A stretch of DNA of 64,000 nt. Source: Vicugna vicugna (taxonomy: Eukaryota). Every line of letters begins with the position of its first letter. Position 1 is the stretch's first letter. The position numbers and the translations under genes were made by a program. The notes under the pieces are model-generated. The model did not search any database and was not told the origin of the DNA. It was given only the letters and a program-made list of their open reading frames with translations. Positions 1 to 13,446 of the stretch are shown here, piece after piece. The stretch lies in the NCBI GenBank assembly GCA_013265495.1, contig MU058451.1, positions 186,001 to 250,000 on the forward strand, read 5' to 3'.

Positions 1-17
1 TGTTAGCATAAGCAAGG

Positions 18-370
18 TTTTTTTCTTCCAGTTTTATTGAGATATAACTGACATGTAGCACTGCACAGGAAGTATAAGGCGCACAGCATGATTTGACTTA
101 CATACATCATGAAATGATTAAGTTTAGTGAACAGACACAAATGAAAAAAACGAAATTTTTTTTTCCCTTGTGATGAGAACTCTCAGACTAACTTTCATAT
201 GTAACATACAGCAGTGTTCACATTAATCACGTTATATGTTAGGTCCCTAGAAATTGTTTATCTTATAACTGGAAGTCTGAACCTTTTGACTGCTTTCCTC
301 TGATTCCTCCTCCCCACACTTCCCTTCTAATAACTATAAATTTGATCTCTTTTCCAATGACTTTGTTTGC
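18..370 (-). mobile_element. LINE-1 3'-end fragment (older laurasiatherian type)
   Basis: T-run followed by CCAGTTTTATTGAGATATAACTGACAT..., a typical antisense L1 3'UTR; boundaries approximate. Confidence 0.65.
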
Positions 371-392
371 AACACATAAACAAGATTTTTTT

Positions 393-737
393 CAGTGAAC
401 TCTACTGTATGTCCATGAGAGAATGAGAGTGAAAAAGATAAATAATTTTAATCTTACTATGGAAATAGTTTTGGCCTTGCAGACCCCTTAGGGCATGGGG
501 TCCTGGACATACTTTTTTTTTTTCCCCGGTGATTTATCATAACATTTTGTGTATATTTCCCTGTGCTATACAGTGTAATCTTGTTTATCTATTCTACAAT
601 TTTGAAATCCCAGTCTATCCCTTCCCACACCCTCCACCCCCCCCGGCAACCACAAGTCTGTATTCTCTGTCCATGAGTCTTTAGATTCCACATATGAGCG
701 ATCTCATCTGGACATACTTTTGAGAAGTGCTGGTCTA
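393..737. mobile_element. Degraded hAT-Charlie-like non-autonomous DNA transposon interrupted by an L1 insertion
   Basis: ...GAAATAGTTTTGGCCTTGCAGACCCC...CTGGACATACTTTTGAGAAGTGCTGGTCTA resembles MER5/MER103-type ends; family not certain. Confidence 0.45.
517..707 (-). mobile_element. Young truncated L1 3'UTR insertion with 14-bp TSD
   Basis: TSD CTGGACATACTTTT at 503-516 and 708-721; internal TTTCCCTGTGCTATACAG...GATTCCACATATGAGCGATCTCAT resembles artiodactyl/camelid L1 3'UTR. Confidence 0.8.
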
Positions 738-965
738 CACTACCTGCTCCGAAACTTAATGGACTGCACTGCAGTTAACCCTTCCACCAGAGTAGAGGAG
801 CAGAAAGGAGGCCCAGGCAACTCAGATGTGCTCTTTCTTAGGAGTTCTCGTTAGGAGTTTAAAGCTAGTGTTTAAGCTAATGACATGAGCTCTTTAACGA
901 TTTGACTGTCATTATCTGTAGACCTGTTTACATTTCAACCGTAATTTTCTATTGATTTCACGGCT

Positions 966-985
966 TTGTTGTTGTTGTTGTTGTT
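966..985. repeat. (GTT)n microsatellite
   Basis: TTGTTGTTGTTGTTGTTGTT. Confidence 0.85.
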
Positions 986-1581
986 TAACGGTGTTTTTGA
1001 GTTTATTTAAAGGATCAGAGAAACTCAGCGACACAATGAAGCTCATAGAGCCTTATTTCGAGCTCAAAAGCCAGGTGCCCTTCAGTGAAGAATGAGGATA
1101 AATGAAGTTTCTGGATAGAAGGGATTTATTATTCTGATTTTTAAATGAATGAATCATTAGTTTTAAAACTTCCCAGGTTATTTTTGCATGGAAATCTGGC
1201 CATTTTTAGCATTTTTCATGCAAGCCTCAAATTATGTGAATTTATGTTTATGGAACACACATTAGTTCCAAGTAAATTCTCTGTAGAAAGGCAAGATTAA
1301 TGTCATCTTTCAGAAACAATAAACCAAAATGTGCTGAGCAATTAAACTGGGAAAGAAAACCGATGCTGGGGGGTAGAATTCTGTATGATCTTGTCAAAAC
1401 AATCCTGGCATCTTCCTGTTAATGATTTAGCTCTGACTCATTGTTAGTATCTAAGAATATGAAAAAGTACATAAACATCAACTTATCTGAATTATACTAA
1501 TGTACACGATAAGAGGAAGGTTAATATATCAACGATTAAGAAAATGATCTCAAGGTGTGAGTTGCACATACCATTAATTTT

Positions 1582-1969
1582 TTGTTAATAATGGTTTTAC
1601 TTTGTGCTGAACACTGGAATTTGACACAACATTGTAAAATGATTATAAATCAATAAAAAATGTAAAAAAAAAAAGAATGAAAAAAAAATAATGGTTTTAC
1701 TGAGATACAATTCACATACCATATAATTAGCCCATTTAGAGTGTATGATTCAGTGGGTGTTAGTGTATCTGCAAAGCTGTACAATCATCACAGTGATCAA
1801 TTTTAGGACATTTTCATTCCTCCAAAAAAGAAACCCCATGACCATGAGGAGTCACTCCCCAGAACCCCCTCCAGAAACCCAACCCAGGGAAACCACTAAT
1901 CTACTTTCTTTCCCTCCAGATCTGCCTATTCTGGGTATTATGTACGGATGGTATCACACAATGTATCAA
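1582..1969 (-). mobile_element. Older L1 (L1MB-like) 3' fragment with TSD, carrying a nested young insertion
   Basis: TTTACTGAGATACAATTCACATACCAT...ACCACTAATCTACTTTCT...; direct repeat ACCATTAATTTT at 1570-1581 and 1970-1981. Confidence 0.7.
1602..1686 (+). mobile_element. 85-bp 5'-truncated young L1 terminus with poly(A) and 15-bp TSD
   Basis: TGTGCTGAACACTGGAATTTGACACAACATTGTAAAATGATTATAAATCAATAAAAAATG plus A tail; TSD AATAATGGTTTTACT at 1587-1601 and 1687-1701. Confidence 0.85.
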
Positions 1970-2501
1970 ACCATTAATTTTAATAACACGTGAACTGTAT
2001 CCAAATAGAATTCCAGTGATCCTTACATTTTGTGAGATGTTCTGTTAAGACCCTGCACCTTCAGTGAGGACCTGGGAGAGCTGGCTTTCTTAGTCTAGGG
2101 CCGTGGCCCAGGAATCTGCATCTTAATGTCCTGAGATGATTCTGAAGACCATGAAGACTTAGAAATCACTGCTGTATCACTGTAATACTTCTTTAAAATA
2201 TCATCTATACTACATTCACAGTGTTACACTCTAATTCACTCCCCATAAAAGTTGAAATTAGAGAATTTAATGAGAATAAAACATCACAAAGGTAGTGGGT
2301 TCCTCATGTAACTGGAAAACCTGCAACTTTATGATTCTATGATCCTACGCAGAGTTCCAGCAAAAGCCTACTTATGACAGCTTGACACGGGCGATTACCT
2401 AAACTGCAAATAGGAGCACGTCTGGACAGAACGTAGGGAGCTGCTCCTCTCCTCTAAGAAAGCATAAAGATGAAGAGCACAGAGCACGGGAACTACCTTA
2501 C

Positions 2502-2717
2502 CTATATTCATGACCTGAGGCTGCAGCATCTGTCTTTGGCCAGGCTGGCTGTTGGGTCTCATGGGGATGCTGGCTGTTGGGTTCCGAATCATACCTCCTT
2601 GGATCGGCCGGTTCATGGCACTGGTGGTAGCAGCACAGGTGACTCGCACAGCAGAACTCTGTGGTGCCCATTCCCCAGCTGGCATAGTGGGCCGGGCGGC
2701 ATTACTACCAATCATGC
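2502..2717 (-). CDS. NCOA2: NCOA2 exon 14; gene continues beyond position 1
   Basis: 216 nt, [75 protein letters not shown] and GTAAG boundaries. Confidence 0.96.
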
Positions 2718-5284
2718 CTGCAGGCAAGCCAGAGAATTGAGAGGTGCAGAGACTGGAAACATAGTCAGCACGTATGAACGCCAGATGCTCTTACTCTGTA
2801 CACAACAACTGTTCTTAACATACAGCCCGACAGCAAACGCCCTCCCCGGGACAGACGTGGGCCCTTGGCTAAGAAATATGAATTGGCAATTACTACGAAG
2901 TTTTTCACAACATGGACTTGCCACTCTTTACAGTTCGGAAAAGCTGTTAAAATTGTTCCCATGTGTACTTAGAAACAGGTGCTGTGGCGTGTGGATAACC
3001 CCAACTTCCTTCCTCAGGAAGTGAATCACATTAGCTGACATACACGTCAACACTTTACTTTCCAAAAGGGAGGTAAGGCTAAGAGGAACAAGGTAAAAAC
3101 TGATAATCAATACTCTAATTATAAACCTAAATCACAGAGAATATCCCACGAAGCCTAGGCCAGCCTTTAAATCCGCAAATCCCTCTCAGAGCATGACTAC
3201 TGGTTAAGCTTCAAAGCTGACCAAGGCAGCCATGGAAGCAGGGCAAACGACAGGGTCTCTCCACTCCAGTTCTTTATGGCCAAGGCCAGGGAGCTCCCAG
3301 CACCTCGGTGAACCTGGACCACCGCATTCCTGATGGCAGAGATCTAGGGCGGGGTGTGGCAGACTTGTGAAAATCCTCCTACACTTGAGACAGTAACAGC
3401 TGTTCGACCACACGGACCAGTGAGAAAAGCACAGCACTGCCGGGCAGATCACGTGTTTGCTCTCTCTCGTCGGGCCCCTCCCCGGGAGGCTGGCACTGGC
3501 CAAACATTGCTAAGCCCTGATATCCTAAAGGGGAACGACCCCAGGGGAGTCAGTGTTCAGTGAGGGATGTGTGAAAGTTCCACTTTCAAATGCGTGGCTT
3601 GTTTTCATTTATTTTAATTACGATAAACAACTGAAAACAGGGTTTATTTAAGAAATGGAGAGAACATGTATTGTGGGTGGGTTTTCATTGGTAAAATGAG
3701 AATGCGCTACATTAGGATGATTGAGAGTGAAGGGTAATTAATTAGACTGAACAAGTTAGAACAGTATTATATTAATACATATTTAAAAAATCATTTTAAG
3801 GCTAGATTTGAACTATACTAAGATACGGGAGAAAAGGCATTTTATTTTTCAAAAACATCTATTACCTAATTAATATGACAAAATTATAGAAGTCTAGGAA
3901 CAAGGGAAAATCATCCATAATTCAAAAACATTAATGCAATTATAACCAGCGTAGTCTCTTTCGGGTTTTTTCTTTTTGCAACAAAGCACAGGCATTGTAC
4001 GATCTTCACAGCCTGGATGCCAGTCATCTCCAGGCTGCCCAGATTCGAATACAGGTCCATCCCCAAATTCCTAGATTCCGACCTGACCCAGATCGTTTTG
4101 CATTCCACCAACTGGGAGCCACCTTTAATAAATCTCTGGCTCCTTTTCTCTTATAAAATTTTACAATTAATATTTTAATCATATAAAAACAGTACTTTTT
4201 TCTTTTAAAAATGATATAAAAATTGTTGAGTGAATCAACTATTTTAATACAACATAGTTCACACTTCCCATGAATTGCTTACCAACAATATAAAGTTAAA
4301 AAACATCCATCTTTTCCCCTTAAATTGAACTCTCAGTTTCAGTTAACTATCCAAATGGCAATGTGCATACAGGGATTAGATACTAAGCTAAAAAAAATAC
4401 CAAGAATTAAAACCCATGAGTGTAAGTTCTTTTTATAACACCTGTTTCTTTCAACATCTTTGTCTCCATTACCTCATTTTGACAAAGGAAGAAAGCTGTA
4501 AACCGTGAGAAGTTCATTAAAAAACTTAGCATCCTGCTGTATCTGTGATAAACAGATATTACAGGGTACAGGACGCAGTGGTAATAGCAACTAATGCTGC
4601 TGCAATGATTTCTAACCTGCAGTGGATGGAGGACTGGGAACACGGCAGCTGCCAGGGCAGAGGCTACCACTTAGGAATATGCAAATTGGCAGACACCTTA
4701 AGTCATTAGGGGTCAAGATCCTAACCAGATCACAGGCAAATTCATACATCTTCAAAAATGGAGCCCCTGGATTAGTAACTATTATGCCAGGCGTATTACC
4801 ATTTAAAGTTCTTTATTTTTAATTAGTATTTTTCAGAATGAGAATCGTTATCACTGATGAGCATAACAGGTTGGCTGCATTTTGAACTTTCATTCTGAAA
4901 TTCGCTAAATACAAACTATCGATTAAGAGGAAGTTTGGGGGTTATCAGTAGATTACCACGAGAAGCCAGCGACCACCAAATTATCTTACACGTACTGCTA
5001 CAATGTCTAGAATAGTAACTGGAATAGACGTGAAATAAATCTACGCTACAGGATTAATGATTAGAAACCTTGTAAAAGTAACAAGCACAGAACAAAACGG
5101 TCAGCTTACTGGAATGTTTTCCACTGCCTCTCACGGTGAAAACTGGCAGAATTTTCTTACATTCAAATGTTAGTTCCTAACGTTAAAAAATTCACTTGAA
5201 GAATCCTACTAGTTTGATGTGGATGAAATACATCATCAGTTAAATAACTCACCAATAAAGTTAACAGTGCATTTGAGCCCTTAC

Positions 5285-5491
5285 CTGTACTACTGTTCCC
5301 TAAGTTTCCTTGGTTTCCTATCATCCCTTGATTACCCATCATTCCTGGCTGAGGTATCACTGAGTAGGGACTATTGTTTCTGATTGGTGGGAAAGGTCCA
5401 GCACCAGTTGGGCTTTGCAATGTGATGTCAAGTGGTAAATTCTGGTTTGGCAATAACCTGCCCAGTTGCCCTGGTCGTGGGTTATTAAAAG
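5285..5491 (-). CDS. NCOA2: NCOA2 exon 13 (symmetric phase 1-1, 207 nt)
   Basis: [72 protein letters not shown] and GTAAG boundaries. Confidence 0.96.
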
Positions 5492-7612
5492 CTAAGGAGA
5501 AAACAAATGAAAATTGAAGGTTAATATAGGATAATGGAAAAGAATAGTAACAGAAGTAGTGTTTAGGGAAAATGTCATTTGTAATATAATAAAGCTATGC
5601 AGTCAGGGACCAATTGCCTACATAAAAGACAAATTCACAGACGAAAAACGTATGTGGCACCAAAATACAGACTCACAATCTAATCGACAGTCTCTTATTC
5701 TTGACAGCCTTGCAAAACAAAAAAGGGAAAAAAAAGAGAACATGTCTATCACTTACCATATATTTTTCTCCAATACTTACTTCTAATATTCAATTCTATT
5801 TGCTAAGTAAACGACTAATATGTTTTTTCCCACATGTTATATTATTTGAACTTTGGAATATTGCTTTGTCAGAGCTGTGAAGCCATAAACATTTCCCACA
5901 TATAGCACCAAATGCAGACATACATGTGGTTTGGACATGAGAATATCATTTTCTTAACAGGACTTTCCTAAGGCTAGAGTTAGGCTAAACATGTCTACTC
6001 TCATTGGAATTTAAAATCCTTAAGTGTGAACTCTGGTACCTGAAGTCAGTATTAAAGCTTTAGGGCCCTGTTTCATCTTCTCAACAGAGCTTCTTACAGT
6101 TTCAGACACACATTTACATTTGAAATAATTCCTAGGGTTGGTTCACAAGAATGTCTAGTGTGTAAGTACTACACCAGGGCACCATACTATCACACAGACA
6201 ACCAGTAATTTGACAATTGTTTTAAAAGTACAAAGATACAGTTAATTACAATTCATAGAGCTAATGTATCAAATAATATCAAGTACTTTATTTTCCCTAA
6301 ATTATAGGAGCACAGTACGAAACAGAACATTTACTCCTAACGATCAATCAAAGAAATGAAATATTTAGAAGACTTAGGGTTTAGAATACAAAATTATGTA
6401 CATGCTTAATCATGACTTCCTCAGTTTAGTTACCTGGTTACCGCTCACTTGTCTGAATACAATCGGGAGGTACAGACGGAGGAACAACCATGCGTTCCCA
6501 CGCAGCCTTCCATTAACTCCTCTGCGTAATGAGCATAAACTGGCTAGTGTGTTTCTTACTCACTTCTGAGCTTTCTGACTTTGTGATCTCTCATGGGCCA
6601 TAAGTAACCCTCAAATTCCTAAGAAATAGGCAGGTTTTGACAGATAGCAAATAAAAACTCTGTTTTGTTTTACTTTTTTTCTGAATGATCAGGAATTGTG
6701 AGAAAGGATCTATTAACTGAAGATATTTTGTGACTTGGCTGATGGTTGCCATTTCTGATTTGAGAACAGATGCTAAGCTTTGGGTCAAACTGTATTTTAA
6801 GAGGGGAAAATCATTCTGTTCACCAATTTAACACTAAAGAGGTTCTCTGTCTTTCTACAAATTATGTCCCTGGCACAGGAAACATTATTTTCTTCCACTC
6901 AAAAGTAGTGGACACCTTTAACTACCCAGTTTTGTAAACTAAGTGTCCACAATGAAGAAAGACTTCATCTTCAACTCACAAATATATAAAATAAAAATAA
7001 TAAAAGAAGCGATAAAAAATGTATTTTATAAAAGTCTACGGTCTTCCAGCTTTGTATCACACTAATGAAACTTAAAATGCACTTAGAAAACATTTTATGA
7101 TAAAGTTCCATGTGAAATTGATACCTGTATGAGAATTCCTAAGGGGCAGGACAAGTTATTTTTGATGTGTGTGTGTAGCCCTTTCATGTGTAATGATTAA
7201 ATATTTTGGTAAGAATATTTTTAGTTCCTCAAAAGTCAGCATAACTTTCTAAGTTTCTGTATTATAAGTATTCAGTCACATATTTAGCCACACAAAAATC
7301 TATTTTAAACTCCATTTGTGAAGGCAGTAACTGAAATGAAGGGAAACATGACAATCATCTGAAGAACCTTATCTATGCAGGTCTGTCTGACTCCGCGTTG
7401 ATGAAATTAACCACCAGACTGTGTGCAGGAGGGCCACATTCCCTAGAATCCATTCTCCATACTGCCTAGAAGGGCCAGGACAGTAGATGGTGCTATTTGA
7501 CCATAAAAACCTTGAAGTGACTAAGCTGTTTGCATCAGATTTTAGTAATCCCTGTTTCTGATGGTGATTACATGGGAATTTCTTGCCATAACCACCAATA
7601 TCTCATACTCAC

Positions 7613-7823
7613 TGCTCTGTGAAATTCGCAGTGCTGTTTTCTGGGCTCCGACAGGTGTAACCGGGCTGTTCTCGGCTGTGAGTTGCATGAGGTCATTGAT
7701 GATGGCTTGCTTGTCCACTGATCCGGCGGGGGCGCCTGGCCTCGTGTCTGGGAAAAGCTGTGGTAACTGACTATTCTGCAAATCATCCAAAATCTCCTCC
7801 AAGTTGTCCAGCTCACTGCCAGG
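7613..7823 (-). CDS. NCOA2: NCOA2 exon 12
   Basis: 211 nt, [73 protein letters not shown] and GTGAGT boundaries. Confidence 0.96.
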
Positions 7824-10800
7824 CTGCGGTTAACAAACAGAGGAGTTTATCCAGTCCTATGCAAAGAGTGGGCGCAGCAGGCCCGTTTGCAATTACAGAC
7901 CTACCCCGTATGATGTAAGGCACCAGAGCCAAATAAAAGACGCAGACCCACGGGGACGCAGGCCTAACTGATCATTTTTTTTAAAAAACTAAATAGACAA
8001 AGGACAAATAATTAGCTCTTGGTCCTCAATTTCCTCATCTGTAAAAACAGAGAGGACTGATTTAGAGAGGAAGCCCTCCCCCAGCACTGTGACTCACTGG
8101 CAATTTATAAATACCCCTTTATTTTCTGCTAATAATTCAATTATTCACGAGTATGTGTATTTCTAATTAGCCGTAAGGGTACTATGACTTACAGCCCAGG
8201 TCCAGGTTTTGTGGCTAACTTTCCCGAATAAATAACAACAAAAACCCAGCAGAAAGTATGACCCAAATTTATACTAAATCAGTATTTAGTAAATGATCAT
8301 TTCCTTTTAGAAAGAACTTTGTTTTTTGTTTTTGTTTTTTAAGAGCAAGGGGTAAAATGCATGGTGAGCCTGAAGTAACCCTGAATAGCTCGGCACTGCC
8401 TTTTCCATTTGAGTGTTTTTTCCCGCTTACACTTTCAGTTTCGAATGACACTGGCTTTCTCAGTCACTCCCCAGTTCAGGTGACAAGCGCAGAGAAGCAG
8501 CATAACAACAGGTTGTCCCCAAACACAGCATCTACTACTAATGTGACTTTACAGAAGCCATAAAAATGTTTCTTACGGCTTTTTCCGGTATTAAAATAAT
8601 TTCATTTCAATTACCAACATTAAAACAAGGTACGTTATTACCATTTCATACGCAGCGCTTTTCTTCCACAGAGCTCAACTGAATTTATGTTCTTTTAAGT
8701 AGAACCTACCTACGTGCCAAGTACTTAAAAATCAGACAGCGCAACCACACAAGAAAATGGCTAAGTTAAATGCCAGGACAACTTTCCGGTGAAGAGAGCG
8801 GTAAGAACGATTCTCTTGATGTGTAGGTGGAAAAACACACAAGTTAGGCAATTTCCCCAAAGTCACTGGATGGACTTTGAATTCTTGACCATGACTAACA
8901 CTTTTGTCTACACTGGCAATTCACATGAAATCATTTACATCTGGTGGGAGGTATACTTAAAGCAGAACGGCTCACAGTTTTATCCTACACCCAAGGAGCT
9001 GGATTTACTAAGGTTTTTGCAATTTATCGCAAATGTAATATCTACACAGGAAGTCTTTTCACTGGACATATTTCTCAAGTTAGAAAGGATAAAATGAAGT
9101 GATATTTTATCTGATTCTACTCATAGCCAACTAACTTAGCAAGAACTTGGAGAGCCATTTTCCAGGGAATTCCTATCACATTGTTAGGAGCAACTACAAG
9201 ACCATTTTCTAGTTAATTTTAGCTACCCGTTTCTGACAAAAGAGGGAGGGATCAAATCTGGGAGAGAGACATCTTAGGCAAGGGTTAGGTTCCAGTTAGC
9301 ACCCTAAAACATAGACAGACACAGACAAAATGATCCTGAGAACAGCTCAGGAGAGAGCCTTCCTGAATGTCCCCTCCAAGGGCAACACAGCCTGCTTTCC
9401 CTCCAGGATGGAAGCATATCCCTGCTTCTTTGGCTGAGTCCAAAATGATGAAGTTTACATGGGGGTCACGCTGCACTTAAAAACCTGAGCTGCAGCCTTG
9501 CACTGCTGGAGCTTCATGGGAACCAAAACCCAGTCCCATCTCGTCCTCACTGCATGATCAGTCCGCTAGGGCCCGAGCGCTCTGGGGTCAACGGTGGGCA
9601 AGACTGCTCACACTACTGAGCCATTTAGTATCCACCTCTTTACTTTCTGAATGTGTATGGACGATTCTGTGCAAGTTAAATGTATGCGTAAAGTCATACT
9701 GCAAATCTGCCGTTACCATGTTTTGCTGAATACGTATGGTGCAAACATCAGTGCCAACGTTTACTGCCCTCCAAGGACAGGGCCTGGGACAGAGAAATGG
9801 ACACTTAGTCAACCCGATGAGTTCCTTTAACCATGTTAACCTGTAATTTAAAAAAACTTCCCAGAATCAACTCAGTTTGTCACAGAAATTCCTATAGTTT
9901 CTCAGAAAAAAGTTTCATACACATTTGATAAATATCCTTATAGTTGTGTCATGAAAACAGCTACAGAGGTAAGAAAGAGGTTCTAATAAACTGTGAAGTT
10001 CATCGCTGTCCTAGGAAACCAGCCTTCCCTAGTACTAACGCTGTCTCAGGTAGAGTATTTTGAAACATGGACCTTGAAATTCGTCGCGTGTGGAGGGGTG
10101 AGAAGGGTGCACTATAATAAGCTGTTTCTTAAGAAAGCTTTGCAGAACGCCTTGAATCCAAAATAAATAAATAGGTTCATATAAACAATAATAAAGCATA
10201 TTATTTTCTTCAGTGGAGGCTCTTATATTTACTCCCAATCCCAGACGTGTGTAAAGAAAGCTCTTACAATACAGATTAACAGTCTGGTCTAGACTCCCAC
10301 CTCTCCTTCTTTCACTCTTTTCACACAAATTAAATTATACTTTAAACCATCTTGAATGGTTTGAAAAACACTGAAAAACTTGAAAAACAACTATGATAGT
10401 TTCAAAGAGTTCTAATGATAGGATTCACAAGTCTCACTTTGTGATCTACTCTCACGTCTAACATAAGGAATTTAAAATAAACCTAAAGTTACTCTATATA
10501 TACAAATATATATTAAAATATATTTAGATGGTTTAAATCAATTTATTGGTTCTTTACTTCAAATAATTAGATCATATAAAATCCATGACTTTCCTTGGTT
10601 GATTTTTATTTTTCAAAAGCATGTATTAAAACTGACTTTCAAATTTTAACCTTTATCATTTTAAGAGTTGACCAAATTCAACTGTGGATCAGTCTAGCTT
10701 TGACAGGTAACTAAACACTTACTTATCTGAAGAAAGCCATACAGGAACTTCTTGGTGAACTATATTCAGAAGGAATTGGTTCTTTGGAGACCCGTAACTA

Positions 10801-12301
10801 TGAACGCTATTTGAATTCATTCAGTTTTTCAGAAAAAGGCATTGTGAGATAATGCATTGCCCCACTAGAGATAATATGGCTTTGCTTGTGTTCATTTCTG
10901 GTCCATTTTTGCAGTACACATGTAAATTTATCCAGTGGTCTTAAATTTTACCTTAAATGTTCTTCAAGGAGAGTATCTATATGCCTTTGGTTGTCTAGCA
11001 ATAAAATTTGACGACTATGGTATTTTCTTTTGCAGTTCATGTAAGTTCTGAAAGAGCTGGATTTGATCACACTAAGTTTCTGATCAAACATTCTACTCCT
11101 AAATTTTTGTAAGCTTTAATTCTCATCACAAGTTCTTCGAGTTCCTATCCACTTTGTTAGGCATGATTTCTTCACAAGACAAAAAGATTAATGCCTTCCT
11201 TTCAAATGCTTTGCCAAGATACTTCAAAGTTTTGCTTAGGCATCTATTCGAATGCTCAAATTAGCCACATCAATTTGAATAGTTGGTTTAAACTATTTCA
11301 GGCAGAAAATGAGTCAGAAAGATTTTTGTAAAAGTTCTACAAAATGCAAATTGAACTTGATTTCTGTAATTTTTCATTTTTCTGGTTTTATGAATTTTTC
11401 ATGTGTCAAATCATTTTGTTCTCTGAAGGAAATATAAAGAACATATGCATGTATTCTAATAAATTACAAAACAGCGTTTCAAAATTTTAAAAGAGAAAGT
11501 ATGATTTTACCACATCTGCCTAACATAAAATTGTTTTAAAAAATGGTAACAATTCTACCTCATTCGGAGGGAAAAATCTCAGGACACTACCAGTTTAAAA
11601 TATGGCTTGCTTTTCTAATGGAGCCAAATAACAAGGAATTCTTTTTAGACTACTTCTAAACGCTCACCATAAGTGGCTCAGTAGTATTAAGAAAAGAACT
11701 AAGAGTATCATTTTAGTTAGCATCATTTACACATGCTCCATTATATAAAAACATAACTTACAGGTTAGTAAACATTGGACCTTTTTCTGCCCTTGTTTTC
11801 CTGCTGGTTGTGAAACACTGTAGAAACAAATGCTGTTCAAATACTCTACCCAGTGAAGAATGCTATTTTAGGTATAACAGCACCATCGAATTACTTCCTG
11901 CCCTTAATAAGTCAGTGATAGGTCAAACACACACTCCGTTAATGGCTCTTCTCTGAATCAAAGTAACAAGACTCTGCAATTCACGCTCGTTAAAAGTTTA
12001 TCTGACTAAAAATGTGTTCCCTTGAAAGGAAACGAAAGGACAGTCTTCAGTAAACAAGTATGGGGGTTGGTAGGAGATCCAATCAATCTGTACTTGGAGG
12101 TAAAAGAATCCCTGCTTTTTTCTTTAAGTAACATTCTAACTTTGATCTAAATTTAGGTAACATGCTTCCTGTGGTAACCTTCTTTTCAAGTTGCAATGTT
12201 TTTGATGTTAAAATTGCTCTGCAGCAGTATTTTTTTGGTGGAGTTTTAAATGGGAATGGATGGAGGGTAAAACCAGGGACTGGGTTTCATTAAGAAAAAA
12301 C

Positions 12302-12338
12302 TGTGTGTGTTTGTGTGTGAGAGAGAGAGAGAGAGAGA
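12302..12338. repeat. Compound (TG)n(GA)n microsatellite
   Basis: TGTGTGTGTTTGTGTGTGAGAGAGAGAGAGAGAGAG. Confidence 0.9.
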
Positions 12339-13446
12339 GGGAGATGGTTCCCCCCTTAAGTAACAGATCTGTGCTGATCACACTCTAGGCTTTGTGTTCC
12401 CAAGGTGAGGCAATTTAGACTAGAAAAATGTTTCTTTTAAACACCAATTAGAAACTGCAGGTGGCTCAAGGACTTTAAAAAGAAAAAGAAAAACCCCCAA
12501 ACTTTTTTGTCAGTTTCTTGTATGAAATTAGTATAATCATACATCTAAATATGGAAATGCCAAACAGCATCCCCTTTCCCTGACCCTGTCAGTCCCGAGG
12601 GCCTCAGGCCTGGGATAGAAGTACATTCTGTTTATGGAGGGAGGGGCCAGCCACTCAGCTGCCAAGCTAAGGTGGACCTCATGAGTCACCATCTTGCCCT
12701 CCAGCATGCGTCAGGAGACCTGAGTGACAGTGTCACTTGGAACTGCCACTAGCTCTGGGTATTTCAATCTACTAAACCTCAAAAGGTGACAATGTCCACA
12801 GCTGTCAATATGGTTTTACACTACATCCTACCCAAGATATTGTTATTAACTGTCTGCTGAGCTCCCAGCTTCCTCCGTCCAGTGATCTTAACAGCATTAC
12901 AGAATAGCAGTCACACGGAACTCCACACTCACATCCAAGTTTAAGGATTAAGCATCAAAGATGTTTACATAACTACACCGTGTTCGGGCACAAAGGCCTG
13001 AAGCCTCCTATCTGCCTCACAGGAGTGGAAGCAGCTGTCCAGATCGCAAAGTGAAAGAAAGACAGGAAGCTGCGTGCCCAGGACCTGGAAGGAGCCCGGC
13101 CTCAGAGCACACCCGGCCTCGCCCCCATCAGCGCTCTCCATCCTGGGGCCGCCCCAGTGGCCTCTGCCCAGGAGGTCCAAGGTTACCCTAAGTGGTGCTG
13201 CTCTCCCCTCTCCCATCCACACTATGTCCCTGAAGACAGCCACAGCTAAAATGCTCACTTGCAACAGAAGTGCCGAGGACAAGTCAGCAAACAATTTTAA
13301 GCAGAAAGGGCCATGCTGTGCCTTCACTTCTTAAGGCAGCGCTCGGGGGCTATGGAGTTGATGGAGCCCTGGATCGTTAACCTGGCCGGTCGTCGATTTA
13401 CCAGGAACTGCCTTGTGCCAAGCCATTAATGTCAGCAATAACTCAA

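Noticed and set aside
2470..3024. 184-aa plus-strand ORF antisense to exon 14
   Set aside because: No family resemblance or exon structure; largely the antisense shadow of a coding exon.
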